Shown: positions 1-11,025 of the stretch, piece after piece
Layout: each line of letters begins with the position of its first letter
Position numbering within the stretch: position 1 is the first letter of the stretch
From: an uncultured Verrucomicrobiae bacterium
Lineage (GTDB): Bacteria; Verrucomicrobiota; Verrucomicrobiia; Chthoniobacterales; UBA10450
Direction: 5' to 3'
Assembly: GCA_963772365.1 (NCBI GenBank)
Contig: CAVYXA010000001.1
Location: 1,152,001-1,216,000, forward strand
DNA length: 64,000 nt
The notes under the pieces: generated by a model
What the model was told of the DNA's origin: nothing
The model's input: only the letters and a program-made list of their open reading frames with translations
Database searches by the model: none
Translations under genes and position numbers: made by a program

Positions 1-916
1 CGATGCGCGCGCCTAATTGTTTCAGCGCCTGTTCGAAACTTTCCGGTGCGGCAATTCCGCAAATCGAGCCGATGAATGTGTCGCGCAAACTTTCCAGCGG
101 CAGTTGTTCGCCTGTGTAGATGTTTTGCAGATAAAGCGGCTGATGCGCGCACTCGATGATCTCCGCGGTGCGATTGTAACGCCGGATCCGTTCGATGAGG
201 GCAGCGTTCGATTCGCCAGTGTTTTTGGTGATGAAAACATAACTGGCCCGGCGCAGATTCCTGGCCGGCTCGCGTAATGTGCCGCGGGGCAAAAGGAATT
301 CGTTTCCGAACGGCGCCTGACGATCGACAAGCACGATATCGAGCCGGTGTTTGAGGTGCAGATATTGCAAGCCATCGTCGAGCAGAAGCGTGTCCACTTT
401 CCAATTGTCGATGGCGAACCGGCCGCTTTTGACCCGGTCTTTGTCCACCAACACCACGACATCCTTCAAATTATGAGCCAGCATGTACGGCTCGTCTCCC
501 GCCGTGCGCGAATCGAGCAGCAACGATGTCCCATCGGAAACAATTCGCGGAGGATCTACATTTCTCTTCGTGAGCCGATCCAGCCAGTTTCGCTTGCGCG
601 GCATGCTTTTGTATCCGCGGCTTAAAATGGCGACCCGACGCCCGCCCGCTTGCAATGCCCGCGCGAATTTTTCCACGATCGGCGTCTTCCCAGTACCGCC
701 CACCGTTAAATTGCCAATGCTGATGACAAGACAGCCGAGAGTCCGCTCGCGAAAAATTCGTTTCCGATAAAGATAAAGCCGGAGCTGAACGATCCGTTCG
801 TACAAAAAGGAAAGCGCGTAAAGCAAACCTCGCAAAAGCGCGGCCCGGACTCCGCGGCGACGTTCCAGCACGACGTCGATCCCGAACTGCTCCAGATTTT
901 CAAGGTGGCGACCCAT
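1..916 (-). CDS. lpxK: Tetraacyldisaccharide 4'-kinase (3' end runs off window)
   Basis: Not in ORF track. Manual translation from ATG at 916 gives MGRHLENLEQFG...VISIGNLTVGGTGKTPIVEKFARAL...VAILSRGYKS, the LpxK P-loop and SRGY motifs. Confidence 0.93.
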   Translation of the reverse strand, partial: MGRHLENLEQFGIDVVLERRRGVRAALLRGLLYALSFLYERIVQLRLYLYRKRIFRERTLGCLVISIGNLTVGGTGKTPIVEKFARALQAGGRRVAILSRGYKSMPRKRNWLDRLTKRNVDPPRIVSDGTSLLLDSRTAGDEPYMLAHNLKDVVVLVDKDRVKSGRFAIDNWKVDTLLLDDGLQYLHLKHRLDIVLVDRQAPFGNEFLLPRGTLREPARNLRRASYVFITKNTGESNAALIERIRRYNRTAEIIECAHQPLYLQNIYTGEQLPLESLRDTFIGSICGIAAPESFEQALKQLGARI

Positions 917-1787
917 GGGAAAGTTTGAGGTTTGATGTTCGATGTTTGATTTGAGCGCCGCGATTCTCAGCGGTCGTGACAATTGTTTGTGCCGGTGTCG
1001 ATCCTGCAGCGCGTTTCATCGCAGCAGCAACTTCGTCCGGATTCTGCAATGTGATCGCGCAGATTGTCGATCCACTCCCGCTTAAGAAAGCGCCGAGAGC
1101 GCCCGCCTTTTCGGCAGCGGCAATCACTCGCGGCAAAAACGGAATGAGTTTGTGGCGAAACGGCTGGTGAAGATGATCGACAAATGCGCCGCGCAAATTT
1201 TCGTAGTCCCGCGAAGCGAACGCAGCGGTAATAGCGCAAGCATTCCCGCAATTTTCTACTGCGTCCGCTCGAAGTATCTTTCGCGGCAGAATTTTTCTCG
1301 CAGCCGATGTCTTCATTTCAAGCTCCGGGACCAAAAGCACAAAACGCAATTGCGATGCGACATCAAAGCGCTGCACGGTTTGGCAAGAAACGACGGTGAA
1401 TCCGCCGAAGTTCGCCGGCGCGGCATTATCCGGATGGCCTTCCAGTTCCGCGCACAATCGGAAGATCGACAATGGATCGAGCTGTTTACCTGCGAGCTCG
1501 TTCAATCCCTGCAGCACGCCGAGACGAATCGTAGCGCTACCGCCCAGCCCGCGAGCGCGCGGGATTCGTCCCTTGATCGTGCAGGAAAATGGAAGCGAGC
1601 GGCGACCCGTCGATTTGAAGAAAAGATTGGCAGCCTCCGACACGATCCGTGGAAGAGATTGTCGATCCACGGGGCCACGGGTGATGGTTATTTCGTTATA
1701 AATACGGAGGGCCACGCCGAGACAATCGAAGCCCGGTCCCAGATTGGAAGTGCTGGCCGGCACGCGAACAGTAACTTGTTGCAACAT
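900..1787 (-). CDS. thrB: Homoserine kinase
   Basis: VRVPASTSNLGPGFDCLG, GHMP motif PRARGLGGSA, EGHPDN, LSGSGST. Start trimmed to MLQQV. Confidence 0.95.
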   Translation of the reverse strand: MLQQVTVRVPASTSNLGPGFDCLGVALRIYNEITITRGPVDRQSLPRIVSEAANLFFKSTGRRSLPFSCTIKGRIPRARGLGGSATIRLGVLQGLNELAGKQLDPLSIFRLCAELEGHPDNAAPANFGGFTVVSCQTVQRFDVASQLRFVLLVPELEMKTSAARKILPRKILRADAVENCGNACAITAAFASRDYENLRGAFVDHLHQPFRHKLIPFLPRVIAAAEKAGALGAFLSGSGSTICAITLQNPDEVAAAMKRAAGSTPAQTIVTTAENRGAQIKHRTSNLKLSHGSPP

Positions 1788-1826
1788 TGTCGATGTAAGG
1801 TAGGGCCGAGAGTGTAACGGATTTGG

Positions 1827-2744
1827 ATGAAAAGAAAATCCGAGTGGATCGACGCAACGTTGCTGCGCGATTTCGAGGGGGAAGGAACCAACGCGCATCG
1901 GCTTTGCACCACTGTGGATGGATGGGTCGAGCGCTTCGGTCGCGACATCCTCATCTCCTACAAGTATCCATCGGCCCGGGAACAGTTGATCACGAACTTT
2001 CATTCCTGGGCGGAAGAGATTGGTTTCCAGTTCAACCGCATCTTTGCCCGATTTTTGCCCAAAAAAAATGAGGAACGCGAAACGCCGCGTCTCTTCATCG
2101 GAGATCCCAACGAGAATCTTCAAACGGCCGCGACCGAACGCCGGCTCCAATTTGGGATCGATTTTGGCGCCGGCTATTCTGTTGGTTTGTTTGTCGATCA
2201 ACGAGAAAATCGCAGTTACCTCCGACGGCTCGGCGCGAAGCGGCTGCTCAATTGTTTTGCCTACACCTGCGCCTTTTCTGTCTCGGCAGCCTCAGCCGGA
2301 GCGATCACCCTCAATGTCGATCTTTCAAAAAAATCGCTCCTGCGCGGCCGTGAAAATTTCTCATTGAACAGTCTGGCGACCAGCGGACATCGCTTCATTG
2401 CGGAAGATGTTTTCGCAATTCTGCCTCGACTGGCGCGCCGGGGAGAAAAATTCGATGCCATCATTCTCGATCCGCCCACCTTTTCCCGGTCGTATCGCGG
2501 CGGATCCTTCCGCGTCGAACGAGATTTTGAGAAGCTACTGCTTACCGCTCTGGAGTTAACCGAACGGAACGCGAGCATTCTGATTTCAACCAATTGCTCC
2601 ACATTGAGCGGACGCGCACTCGAGGTGATGGCTCGTTATTGCCTGAAAATAACCCGGCGCGCCGGAAATTTTCGTCGAACACTGCCCCTTTCCGATTTTC
2701 CGCCTGGCGCAGGGGCCAGCTCGGTGTGGTTAACTTTGCGTTAG
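1827..2744 (+). CDS. Class I SAM-dependent rRNA methyltransferase (RlmI/RlmK-like)
   Basis: GLFVDQRENR, LLNCFAYTCAFSV, FDAIILDPPTFS motifs. Confidence 0.85.
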   Translation: MKRKSEWIDATLLRDFEGEGTNAHRLCTTVDGWVERFGRDILISYKYPSAREQLITNFHSWAEEIGFQFNRIFARFLPKKNEERETPRLFIGDPNENLQTAATERRLQFGIDFGAGYSVGLFVDQRENRSYLRRLGAKRLLNCFAYTCAFSVSAASAGAITLNVDLSKKSLLRGRENFSLNSLATSGHRFIAEDVFAILPRLARRGEKFDAIILDPPTFSRSYRGGSFRVERDFEKLLLTALELTERNASILISTNCSTLSGRALEVMARYCLKITRRAGNFRRTLPLSDFPPGAGASSVWLTLR

Positions 2745-2785
2745 GTAGTGTTTGTTGATTATCAGTTACCAAGAGTGGCCAAAAC

Positions 2786-2847
2786 AACCCTCACCTGGCG
2801 CTTCGCGTCCTCCTCTCCCTGCCAGGGAGAGGACTGAGGTGAGGGTT
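2786..2847. repeat. REP-like palindrome, family D (CCCTCACC..CCTCTCCC..GGGAGAGG..GGTGAGGG)
   Basis: Nested inverted repeats aaccctcacct/aggtgagggtt and cctctccct/agggagagg. Relatives at 13882-14020. Confidence 0.8.
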
Positions 2848-2958
2848 CGTGTGACCTGACAATCGACCAACACTACCTTTGCGTTGACGCCGAGAGCGTT
2901 CGGAGTTGACCAAATTGATGCGCGCGGGCAATGATCGGTATTCGAATTCTAAGAGAGT

Positions 2959-3225
2959 ATGGACAAAACCGAGGACTTTGCGCAGCGCGGGATTGAATAT
3001 GCTCGGGGACAGGTCGATGCGGTTCTGAGTCAGACGGAAGATTATGTCCGCGAGCGACCCGGGCAGTCGCTTCTTTATGCATTTCTGGCAGGATTCATTG
3101 TCAATCGGCTGCCGGTGGGGCGAATTCTGGGTGGCCTTTTTCGCCTGGCATTGCTGGCATTGAAACCAGCCATGCTGATATACGGCGCGACCAAGCTCTA
3201 CAAAACGCTGGAAGAAGAGCGTTGA
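2959..3225 (+). CDS. Small membrane-anchored protein, YqjD/ElaB-like
   Basis: TEDYVRERPGQSLLYAFLAGF resembles the DUF883 C-terminal motif. Confidence 0.6.
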   Translation: MDKTEDFAQRGIEYARGQVDAVLSQTEDYVRERPGQSLLYAFLAGFIVNRLPVGRILGGLFRLALLALKPAMLIYGATKLYKTLEEER

Positions 3226-3273
3226 GGCGTGGCATCGGCTTCCAGCCGATCGTCCATCGACAGGATGTCGATG

Positions 3274-3483
3274 CTACTCGTCGAGCGTGAAGCCGACTTT
3301 CAGCGTCACCTGCCAGTGGGCAATCTTGCCTTCTTCGACGTAGCCGCGCGTTTCGCTCACCTCAAACCAGCGCATGTTGCGAACGGTTTTCCCGGCGCGC
3401 GTCAGCGCGTTTTTCACGGCGTCGTCAAACGAATTCGGCGAAGAACCAACCAGCTCGATTTTTTTGTAAACGTGATCAGCCAT
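3274..3483 (-). CDS. Dodecin (flavin-binding)
   Basis: [36 protein letters not shown]. Confidence 0.93.
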   Translation of the reverse strand: MADHVYKKIELVGSSPNSFDDAVKNALTRAGKTVRNMRWFEVSETRGYVEEGKIAHWQVTLKVGFTLDE

Positions 3484-3583
3484 GATTTGATTCTGACCTG
3501 ATTAGTCGTTGACGCCAGAAAATACGTGATCGCCGTGACCAGCTTGGTTAACTCATACCGTTCTTTGCGAGTTGGGCGCCGAA

Positions 3584-3695
3584 AAAGCGGTGCGAAGACG
3601 CCCCGCCACTCCGAAAGCTTCGCAAAATGAAGCGATGTCCGTCATCATTTCGCACGAAGTGCTTTCAGAGTGCGTGCGCGTCCTCGCGTCGCTTT
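3584..3695. repeat. REP-like inverted pair, family F
   Basis: aaagcggtgcgaagacg..cactccgaaagc is the imperfect inverse of gctttcagagtgcg..cgtcctcgcgtcgcttt. Confidence 0.6.
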
Positions 3696-3785
3696 CAACC
3701 AGCTGCGCAAAGCCAGGAGTAGCCGTCGCCACGAGAACCAGCGCGCTTGCCCTCCAATGCCATAGCCAAGGATGCGGCGAGAGAA

Positions 3786-3857
3786 ATTGTAGGGCAGGCG
3801 TTTCGCCTGCCGACCACATCCCAGATATGCCGGCAAGCGGAGCGCTTGCCCTACAAT
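3786..3857. repeat. GTAG-type REP doublet, family A
   Basis: attgtagggcaggcg..cgcctgcc ... ggcaagcggagcgcttgccctacaat. Same family flanks the RAYT gene. Confidence 0.88.
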
Positions 3858-3882
3858 TCGCTTCGCGATATTAAAACTCTGC

Positions 3883-5838
3883 ATGCAGGCGAACATCGAA
3901 TCGCATTTGAAGGAGAAGCGCGTCTTCAGGCCTTCCAAACAATTTGCGGCCAAAGCGAGAATCAAGAGCCTCGCTCATTATCGGCGGATGTATCGAGAGT
4001 CGCTATGGCAGCCAGCAAAATTTTGGTCGCGCGAAGCGCGTGAGCTCGTCTGGCGCGCCCCTTGGAAAAAAGTCCTCCAGTGGAAGGCACCTTTCGCGAA
4101 ATGGTTCATCGGCGGGAAAATCAATGTCTCGGAGAATTGTCTGGATCGACATCTGACCGGTCCGCGACGAAATAAGGCCGCGATTATGTGGGAAGGTGAG
4201 CCTGGTGAGAAACGCACCCTCACTTACCAGCAGCTTCACCATGAGGTTTGCCGGTTCGCCAATGTTTTGAAGCGAAACAAGATCGACAAGGGCGATCGCG
4301 TAATCATTTATCTCCCCACGATCCCGGAGGCGGCGATCGCCATGCTCGCCTGCGCCCGCATCGGCGCAGTGCATTCAGTCGTGTTCGGCGGATTTAGTCC
4401 GGATAGCATTCGGGACCGAATCGCTGATAGCGGCGCGATTGCCGTGATTACAGCCGATGGCGGCTATCGACGAGGCACGATTGTTCCGCTCAAGAAAAAT
4501 GTCGATGATGCACTGCGCGGTCCGGCGGCTGCCGGATCCATCAAGCGCGTGATTGTCTTTCGGCGGGCCGGAAATGAAATCCACATGGAAGAAGGTCGCG
4601 ACGTCTGGTGGCACCGCGAATTGGAGTATGTCGATGCAAACTGCCCGCCGGTTGCGCTCGATTCCGAGCATCCGCTTTATATTCTCTACACCAGCGGTTC
4701 TACGGGTAAACCGAAGGGAATCCTGCACACCACCGGGGGTTACCTGGTCGGGATTTATTGCACGACGAAGTATGTCTTCGATCTCCGCGACGAAGATATT
4801 TTTTGGTGCACGGCGGATGTCGGCTGGGTGACCGGTCATAGCTATGTCGTTTACGGTCCGCTTGCCAATGGCGCGACCACTTTCCTGTACGAAGGCGCAC
4901 CGAACTGGCCTGAGCCGGACCGGTTTTGGAAAATCATTGAAGAGAACCGAATCAACATTCTTTACACGGCGCCGACGGCGATCCGCGCGTTCATTCGCTG
5001 GGGCGATCACTGGGTGAAGAAACACGATCTCTCTTCCCTGCGGTTGCTAGGCACGGTGGGCGAACCGATCAACCCGGAAGCATGGATTTGGTATCAAAAA
5101 CAAATCGGCGGCGACCGTTGCCCGATTGTCGATACGTGGTGGCAGACGGAGACCGGCGCGATCATGATTACGCCATTGCCCGGCGCGATTCCGACAAAAC
5201 CTGGAAGCGCGACGCTGCCGTTTTTTGGCGTCGATGCGGCGATTGTCGATGCAAAAGGCAAACAAGTGGGACCGAACGTCGGCGGCAAGTTGATCATCCG
5301 TCAGCCGTGGCCGTCGATGCTCCGCACCATCTACGGCGACAAGGAGCGCTACCAAAAACAATACTGGAGCGAGTTTAAAGGAAACTATCTGACTGGCGAT
5401 GGGGCCCGGCGAGATGAAGATGGATATTTCTGGATCGTCGGCCGAATCGATGATGTCTTGAATGTCGCAGGGCATCGGTTAGGGACATCGGAGATCGAGA
5501 GTGCGTTGGTGAGTCATCCGCGAGTCGCGGAGGCGGCCGTTGTCGGCAGACCGGATGAGATGAAAGGCCAGGGAGTCGTCGCCTTTGTCACGCTGAAGTC
5601 AGGAATCGACCCGAACCCAATTTTGAAAAGCGAATTACGCCACCACGTCGGCGTGCACATCGGCGCCATCGCCAAACCTGACGAAATCCGTTTCGCCGAG
5701 GCGCTGCCGAAAACGCGCAGCGGAAAAATCATGCGCCGTCTTCTCAAGGAGATCGCCACCGGCGCAAAGGTCACCGGCGACACCACGACGCTGGAAGATT
5801 TCAGCGTGCTGGCGAAATTGGCAGAGACCGACGAATAA
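3883..5838 (+). CDS. acs: Acetate--CoA ligase
   Basis: [36 protein letters not shown]; 651 aa. Confidence 0.97.
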   Translation: MQANIESHLKEKRVFRPSKQFAAKARIKSLAHYRRMYRESLWQPAKFWSREARELVWRAPWKKVLQWKAPFAKWFIGGKINVSENCLDRHLTGPRRNKAAIMWEGEPGEKRTLTYQQLHHEVCRFANVLKRNKIDKGDRVIIYLPTIPEAAIAMLACARIGAVHSVVFGGFSPDSIRDRIADSGAIAVITADGGYRRGTIVPLKKNVDDALRGPAAAGSIKRVIVFRRAGNEIHMEEGRDVWWHRELEYVDANCPPVALDSEHPLYILYTSGSTGKPKGILHTTGGYLVGIYCTTKYVFDLRDEDIFWCTADVGWVTGHSYVVYGPLANGATTFLYEGAPNWPEPDRFWKIIEENRINILYTAPTAIRAFIRWGDHWVKKHDLSSLRLLGTVGEPINPEAWIWYQKQIGGDRCPIVDTWWQTETGAIMITPLPGAIPTKPGSATLPFFGVDAAIVDAKGKQVGPNVGGKLIIRQPWPSMLRTIYGDKERYQKQYWSEFKGNYLTGDGARRDEDGYFWIVGRIDDVLNVAGHRLGTSEIESALVSHPRVAEAAVVGRPDEMKGQGVVAFVTLKSGIDPNPILKSELRHHVGVHIGAIAKPDEIRFAEALPKTRSGKIMRRLLKEIATGAKVTGDTTTLEDFSVLAKLAETDE

Positions 5839-5844
5839 GATCGT

Positions 5845-6264
5845 CTACCACTCGCGGAATGGCGCCCAGCCGTGCCAGATTTCTGTGATCGGATATTCTC
5901 TTGGCAGAGCCCTGATTACAAAAATGCCCTGCTGACGCTTGCTCTGAATTTCCGCATTCTCGAAATACCTGCGGTAAGCATATTGATCGCCCACATAGAG
6001 CTGTCCGGTCTGAGTGTCGGGATAAAGATAGTAGGTCGCGCCGCCCTGCCTGACGGCGGTAAACGTGTCGGTAGGCATGGTTCGCAGTTGTTCCCTCTGC
6101 ATTGGCGTGTTCGCAGACCTGACCCTAAATCCGGCTGCAACGAGGGCCGGGCCCGGTGAAGCAGTGGCTGTCATGTTTGGTTCCGACGCGCACGCCGAAA
6201 TCAAAATGCCCGCCAACGCGCTGAGCAGCAAACCGCCGAATACTCTGGTCTTTTGGTGTTTCAT
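5845..6264 (-). CDS. Hypothetical lipoprotein
   Basis: Signal peptide with lipobox LISAC. Confidence 0.7.
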   Translation of the reverse strand: MKHQKTRVFGGLLLSALAGILISACASEPNMTATASPGPALVAAGFRVRSANTPMQREQLRTMPTDTFTAVRQGGATYYLYPDTQTGQLYVGDQYAYRRYFENAEIQSKRQQGIFVIRALPREYPITEIWHGWAPFREW

Positions 6265-6403
6265 GTTTTCATCTTTCTACGTCGATCCCCCGAAATGGTT
6301 TCGCTTTTCGACACCGGCGTGGCCGTTAGCAACGATTTGTCGAAACCGGTTACGAAATGGCAAATTCGCTTTTTCCGGCTGCCGGTTCGGATAGGATTAC
6401 CCC

Positions 6404-8275
6404 GTGAGTTTCATTCGAACAGGATTGCGCGAAATCGTTCTGAAGGTGCGCCGGCAGCGGACCCGTCTGGCTCTTCGGCATCAGCGGCGGCTTTTGCAAA
6501 GAAGCGAAATCAATCTTGGCCGGGAAGGAACTTCCCAGGCCGCCAATTTCCCCGAGCTGCGCAACGAGATCGTGGCGCTCAAAAAACTCGAACAGGAGCA
6601 GAAAGAAGTCGCGCTGCGGATCAGCCAGATTGAGGAAGGCATCAAAGGCATAGCCGGTGAGCGCGAAGAGAACACTCGCCAGCAGAATGAAGCGATCTCG
6701 AAACTCGAGGCCGACAAAAAACCTCTGCTTCAGCAGCAAAAAGAGGCCCGGAACGCTGTCGAAGTTTGCCAACGCGAACTGTCGGCTGTGGAAAATCGTC
6801 TGGAGGAAAATGATGCTGCCAATCGCGAGCTTTCGAAAAAACTGGCGGATCTGCAAGCAGTCAAACCTCCCCCGGACGATTTAGAAGAACAATCGGCCAA
6901 TATTGCCAGCCGTCGGGCGAGACTTCCAGGTGAACGCGAGGAACTCACTCGAGCGCGGCTCGGCAGCGCGGATGCGGTTCGTCTTGCCAAAGAGAAATTG
7001 GCGGCGGCGGAAGCGGAGGTCGCAGTCGTGGATAAGAAAATCGCGGACGTCCGAGCCGACTTCGAATCGCGCGACCGGGCGTTAAATGAAAATCTCCGAA
7101 CACAGGAGGAAGCGATGCGCGAGGCACGCGCGCATCACCAAGTAGTCGAAGAACGAAAGAACCCGGCTTATCTGAACATTGGGCGTCACCTTGCCTCGCA
7201 GGGAATTGCTCCGCCGAATGCGCCCGAACTACTCACCGAAGTGCAACGGCATCGTGCGGCGGTGGATCGACATCTGGAGCACACCGCCGAGCTCGCCTTG
7301 CTTTCCAGTAAGATCGACAAACAGGAGCTGCGTAAGTTTTACTTTAGTGTGATTTCAATCGTGGCGCTGTTGGCGATCATCCTGCCCTTGATTTTCCAGT
7401 CACCGTCAAGGCGGGAATGGCTGCCACAGGAAACCGACGCCATTCTATCGATCAACACCGATGCGCTGGAACACGATGAGCTCGCCAAGTCCTGGCAAAA
7501 AAGTCAGCCCCAGGAATGGGATCAAATCTGGACCGGGCTTGTTGGCCCTGCAGGAAAAGCTCCAGGGTTAAATCTGTCCAAGGACGCAACGCGAATCACG
7601 CGTGCCGTGACCACAGACCAGGCTGGCAAAACCCGGGAGTTCATTCTGATCGAGGCTCGCGGGGATGTATCCAAGGCAATCGCTGCCATGGATCAGGACA
7701 AGACCTTCGACAAACGCGCGATCAGCGGGCTTCCGGTTTGGGAACGGTCCGATTTCTCTGTATCTCGAGTTGGACCGAACACGTTGGCCGTGGGGGCATC
7801 GAGTGAGGTCAGCGAGCTGGTCCGCGTCCGACTCGGGATGGAATCGGACCTCAAGATTAGCGGGCAACTCTTCGATCGATTTCAAGCGCTCGATCGCGAA
7901 AGCACGCTCCGCCTGATTTCGCGCAACCCGCCAGACCTGGCTCGCCTATTTCAACCAATCTTCACGCCGGAGCTGCTCAATGCTTCACAATTGTTTGGGC
8001 TTGCCCTAAGTTTGCAAAAACCACCGAAGGCCCGGCTATTATTGAAGCTCAATTCACCAGAAGACGCTTCAAGGCTCGCGCGGGAAATACAAATCGATCC
8101 AAAAAAATGGCTGCGTCTCGAGGATTCCGATCTGCTTATTTATTCCCAGGCTCCGGATATTCAAAAGCAAGGAACCAATCTCGAGCTGCGGTTCAGTGTT
8201 GCCGAGGGGACCGCGAGGGCGCTGCTCGAAAGAATCGCGCACACGCCGCCCTCAACTCCGGTCGCTACGGAGTAA
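6404..8275 (+). CDS. Hypothetical protein: long coiled coil, one TM helix, extracytoplasmic domain
   Basis: E/K/Q/L-rich N-terminal half, hydrophobic FYFSVISIVALLAIILPLIF; 623 aa. Confidence 0.75.
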   Translation: MSFIRTGLREIVLKVRRQRTRLALRHQRRLLQRSEINLGREGTSQAANFPELRNEIVALKKLEQEQKEVALRISQIEEGIKGIAGEREENTRQQNEAISKLEADKKPLLQQQKEARNAVEVCQRELSAVENRLEENDAANRELSKKLADLQAVKPPPDDLEEQSANIASRRARLPGEREELTRARLGSADAVRLAKEKLAAAEAEVAVVDKKIADVRADFESRDRALNENLRTQEEAMREARAHHQVVEERKNPAYLNIGRHLASQGIAPPNAPELLTEVQRHRAAVDRHLEHTAELALLSSKIDKQELRKFYFSVISIVALLAIILPLIFQSPSRREWLPQETDAILSINTDALEHDELAKSWQKSQPQEWDQIWTGLVGPAGKAPGLNLSKDATRITRAVTTDQAGKTREFILIEARGDVSKAIAAMDQDKTFDKRAISGLPVWERSDFSVSRVGPNTLAVGASSEVSELVRVRLGMESDLKISGQLFDRFQALDRESTLRLISRNPPDLARLFQPIFTPELLNASQLFGLALSLQKPPKARLLLKLNSPEDASRLAREIQIDPKKWLRLEDSDLLIYSQAPDIQKQGTNLELRFSVAEGTARALLERIAHTPPSTPVATE

Positions 8276-8300
8276 ACCAATTTCAATAAACGCCTCGCAT

Positions 8301-8963
8301 ATGGTGAAAAAGCAAAAACTCTTCGTCGTGATTGCCACGCTGTTGGCGTCGTTCGTTCCTGCGCACGCGCAGGTGAAATTCCCCCTGGTTGATATCAAGT
8401 CGGTCGATCCTTCCATTGCGGTCAAGCTTCGCTATGCCACTGCCAACAACATCGCCGGTCATGCTTTATATCCGGCAAAAATGCGCGCACTGGTTCGACC
8501 GGAGGTCGCCCAATGCCTCGCCAGAGCGCAGAAATTTCTCAGACCTTATCAGTACTCGCTCATCATTTGGGATGCTTATCGACCGAAATCCGTGCAGCGG
8601 AAACTGTGGCACGCTGTTTCCAGAAATGCTTACGTAGCCGATCCGCATGTCGGGGCGGGATCCATGCACAGTTGGGGCGTCGCTGTCGATGTTACGCTGC
8701 TTGATTCATATGGGCGGCCAGCCAGTATGCCGACCGATTATGATACGTTCACCCCGGCAGCCATGTGGCGTTATCAGGGACGCGACCCGGCGGTCCGCAA
8801 GCATCTGCTTCTATTGCAAACCGCCATGTGCCGCGCCGGCTTTTATGGATTGCCCAGCGAATGGTGGCATTTCACTATCGCGAACTGGGATGAATTATTG
8901 CCGCCGAACGAAGTGAAACGTGCGGCCGAAAATTTTCGGAAAAAACGGGGGCAAAAATCATGA
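8301..8963 (+). CDS. M15D D-Ala-D-Ala dipeptidase (VanX/DdpX family), exported
   Basis: IWDAYRP, SMHSWGVAVDVTL, EWWHF; signal peptide. Confidence 0.9.
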   Translation: MVKKQKLFVVIATLLASFVPAHAQVKFPLVDIKSVDPSIAVKLRYATANNIAGHALYPAKMRALVRPEVAQCLARAQKFLRPYQYSLIIWDAYRPKSVQRKLWHAVSRNAYVADPHVGAGSMHSWGVAVDVTLLDSYGRPASMPTDYDTFTPAAMWRYQGRDPAVRKHLLLLQTAMCRAGFYGLPSEWWHFTIANWDELLPPNEVKRAAENFRKKRGQKS

Positions 8964-9463
8964 TCGATGCGCTGATGCGCGATCTGCGCCAACCCGAATA
9001 CATTCACGTCCTGCTCAATCCGCTGCCGGTTTATGGATTGTTAATGGGCTGGATCGCATTGCTAGCGGCGATCTTGCTGCGCAGCCGGGCGGCCCATATC
9101 GCTGCTCTCGTGGTCGTATTCATTAGCGCCGCGTCGGCCTGGCCCGTCTACGAATACGGCGAGGAAGGATACGATCGCGTATTGTCGATGACCGACGATC
9201 CCGGTCACGCCTGGCTCGACGAGCATCGAGATCGAGCCGAAGACCTGATCTATTTCTTCTACGCACTTGCTGTTCTGAGCGCCGTTGGCATTGTCGCGCC
9301 TATCAAGTGGCCCAAATCATCGATGCCGCTCGCGGTTGCCGTGCTCCTGATGGGAGCCGTAACGGTGGGAATGGGAGCATATATTGCTCATGCTGGCGGC
9401 AAGATTCGGCACCGGGAATTTCGGAACGAACCGCCGCCGCCTACACACGAGCACGAGTATTGA
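8960..9463 (+). CDS. Membrane protein, DUF2231-like
   Basis: Four TM segments, IHVLLNPLP, GEEGYD, AHAGGKIRHRE. Confidence 0.65.
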   Translation: MIDALMRDLRQPEYIHVLLNPLPVYGLLMGWIALLAAILLRSRAAHIAALVVVFISAASAWPVYEYGEEGYDRVLSMTDDPGHAWLDEHRDRAEDLIYFFYALAVLSAVGIVAPIKWPKSSMPLAVAVLLMGAVTVGMGAYIAHAGGKIRHREFRNEPPPPTHEHEY

Positions 9464-9500
9464 TTGTTTGTGAAACGTTAACCACCACATCGATAGAATG

Positions 9501-9565
9501 ATTGTAGGGCAGGCGCATCGCCTGCCGTTATTTTCGATGGGCAAGCGGAGCGCTTGTCCTACAAT
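9501..9565. repeat. GTAG-type REP doublet, family A
   Basis: attgtagggcaggcgcatcgcctgcc...ggcaagcggagcgcttgtcctacaat. Confidence 0.88.
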
Positions 9566-9577
9566 TGCGATGCTGCC

Positions 9578-10993
9578 GTGAAAACCGATCTCGATCGCGC
9601 CGAGCGCAATGTTGAAGATCACAGCGTTTCTCTCAAAAAACCGCTTGGGCTGCGCGATCTTGTGCTCACTCAGATTGTGTTCGTGGTCGGTTCGAGTTGG
9701 GTTGGGACCGCGGCCAAGCTGGGCACCGCTCATCTGTTTTTCTGGCTGCTGGCGATTCTGCTTTTCTACATTCCGCAAGCCGCCGTCGTAATTTACTTAA
9801 ACGGCCGAATGCCGCTCGAGGGCGGGATTTATCAATGGGCTAAGCTTGGGTTTAACGAGTTTGCAGGATTCATTGCGGCTTGGAACCTCTGGCTGCTCTC
9901 CATCACCGTGATTGCCCTCGGTGGAATGTTCGTGACCACCAATCTCTCCTACGCCTTTGGTCAGGGCGCCGCCTGGATGCCGAACAACAAATGGTGCGTC
10001 TCGCTGATCAGCTGCGCGCTCGTTGCCGGGCTGGCCTGGACAGCGATCCGTGGCCTTTCGTTAGGAAAATGGGTCCATAATGTCGGAGCAGTGGCCATGT
10101 TTCTAGCCTATGGCGCACTCATTCTTCTGCCATTCTTCAGTCTCGCGCGAGGTGAATTGAAAGAATATCACCCGCTACAGATCGCCGCTCCGGCGATGTC
10201 GATCTTCTATTGCATGAATATTTTTACCAAGCTGGCTGTCGGCGCCCTGAGCGGATTTGAATACGTGGCGATTCTCGCCGGCGAAGCCCGCGCCCCGGCT
10301 CGAAACATTGGCCGTTCGGTCATCATCGCGTCCCCCATTATCGCACTGATGTTTATTCTCGGAACCAGCTCGGTCCTGGCATTTGTCGGGAATAATCCGA
10401 TCGATCTCATCGGACCAGTGCCGCAAACCTTGCGGTTAGGTCTCCGATATTTTCCAATCGCAGGCGCGGTCGCATCTTTGGGGATCATCATGATGACAGT
10501 GCGGTCGATTTCTGCCACAAGCGTTCATCTCACCGGAAGCTCGCGTTTACCAATGGTCGCGGGTTGGGACCGACTGCTTCCCGCTTGGTTTTCGCGATTG
10601 CATCCCCGATATAGGACACCGATCAACTCCATTTTCTTCGTCGGTGCGCTCACTTTGTTGATCGCGGTGACCAGTCAGATTGGCACAGGAATTCAGGAGG
10701 CGTTTCAGATCGTCGATAATGCGGCCAACGTTTTCTACGGAATTGTTTACCTGATGCTCTTTGCCATTCCCCTGGCCGGCGCAAGGACAATTCGCTCCGG
10801 CGCCCGATTGTGGCTGCGAATGGCGGCGGGTTGCGGATTTGTAGTTTGCCTGCTGACCATTTTCTTCACGATTTATCCCATTATCGATGTTCCCAACCCG
10901 ATGATGTTCGGCTTGAAAATAATCGCCGTGACCTTAATCGCGAATGCAATCGGAATTGGCGTCTTCGCGCTTCCCAAGACGCGATTACATTGA
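9578..10993 (+). CDS. APC family amino acid permease
   Basis: LKKPLGLRDLV, PLEGGIYQWAK, GFEYVAILAGEA; about 12 TM segments. Confidence 0.9.
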   Translation: MKTDLDRAERNVEDHSVSLKKPLGLRDLVLTQIVFVVGSSWVGTAAKLGTAHLFFWLLAILLFYIPQAAVVIYLNGRMPLEGGIYQWAKLGFNEFAGFIAAWNLWLLSITVIALGGMFVTTNLSYAFGQGAAWMPNNKWCVSLISCALVAGLAWTAIRGLSLGKWVHNVGAVAMFLAYGALILLPFFSLARGELKEYHPLQIAAPAMSIFYCMNIFTKLAVGALSGFEYVAILAGEARAPARNIGRSVIIASPIIALMFILGTSSVLAFVGNNPIDLIGPVPQTLRLGLRYFPIAGAVASLGIIMMTVRSISATSVHLTGSSRLPMVAGWDRLLPAWFSRLHPRYRTPINSIFFVGALTLLIAVTSQIGTGIQEAFQIVDNAANVFYGIVYLMLFAIPLAGARTIRSGARLWLRMAAGCGFVVCLLTIFFTIYPIIDVPNPMMFGLKIIAVTLIANAIGIGVFALPKTRLH

Positions 10994-11025
10994 TAAGATG
11001 CGGAACTGCTAGAAAGGGGGGACTG

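Noticed and set aside
1788..2201. Long N-terminal extensions on ORF-track calls for thrB, mpg, cutA2, ispE and the MazF-like toxin
   Set aside because: They overlap neighbouring genes; recognisable family sequence begins at downstream starts.
8301..8963. Vancomycin resistance gene vanX
   Set aside because: It has a signal peptide and no vanHA or vanRS context; generic M15D peptidase.
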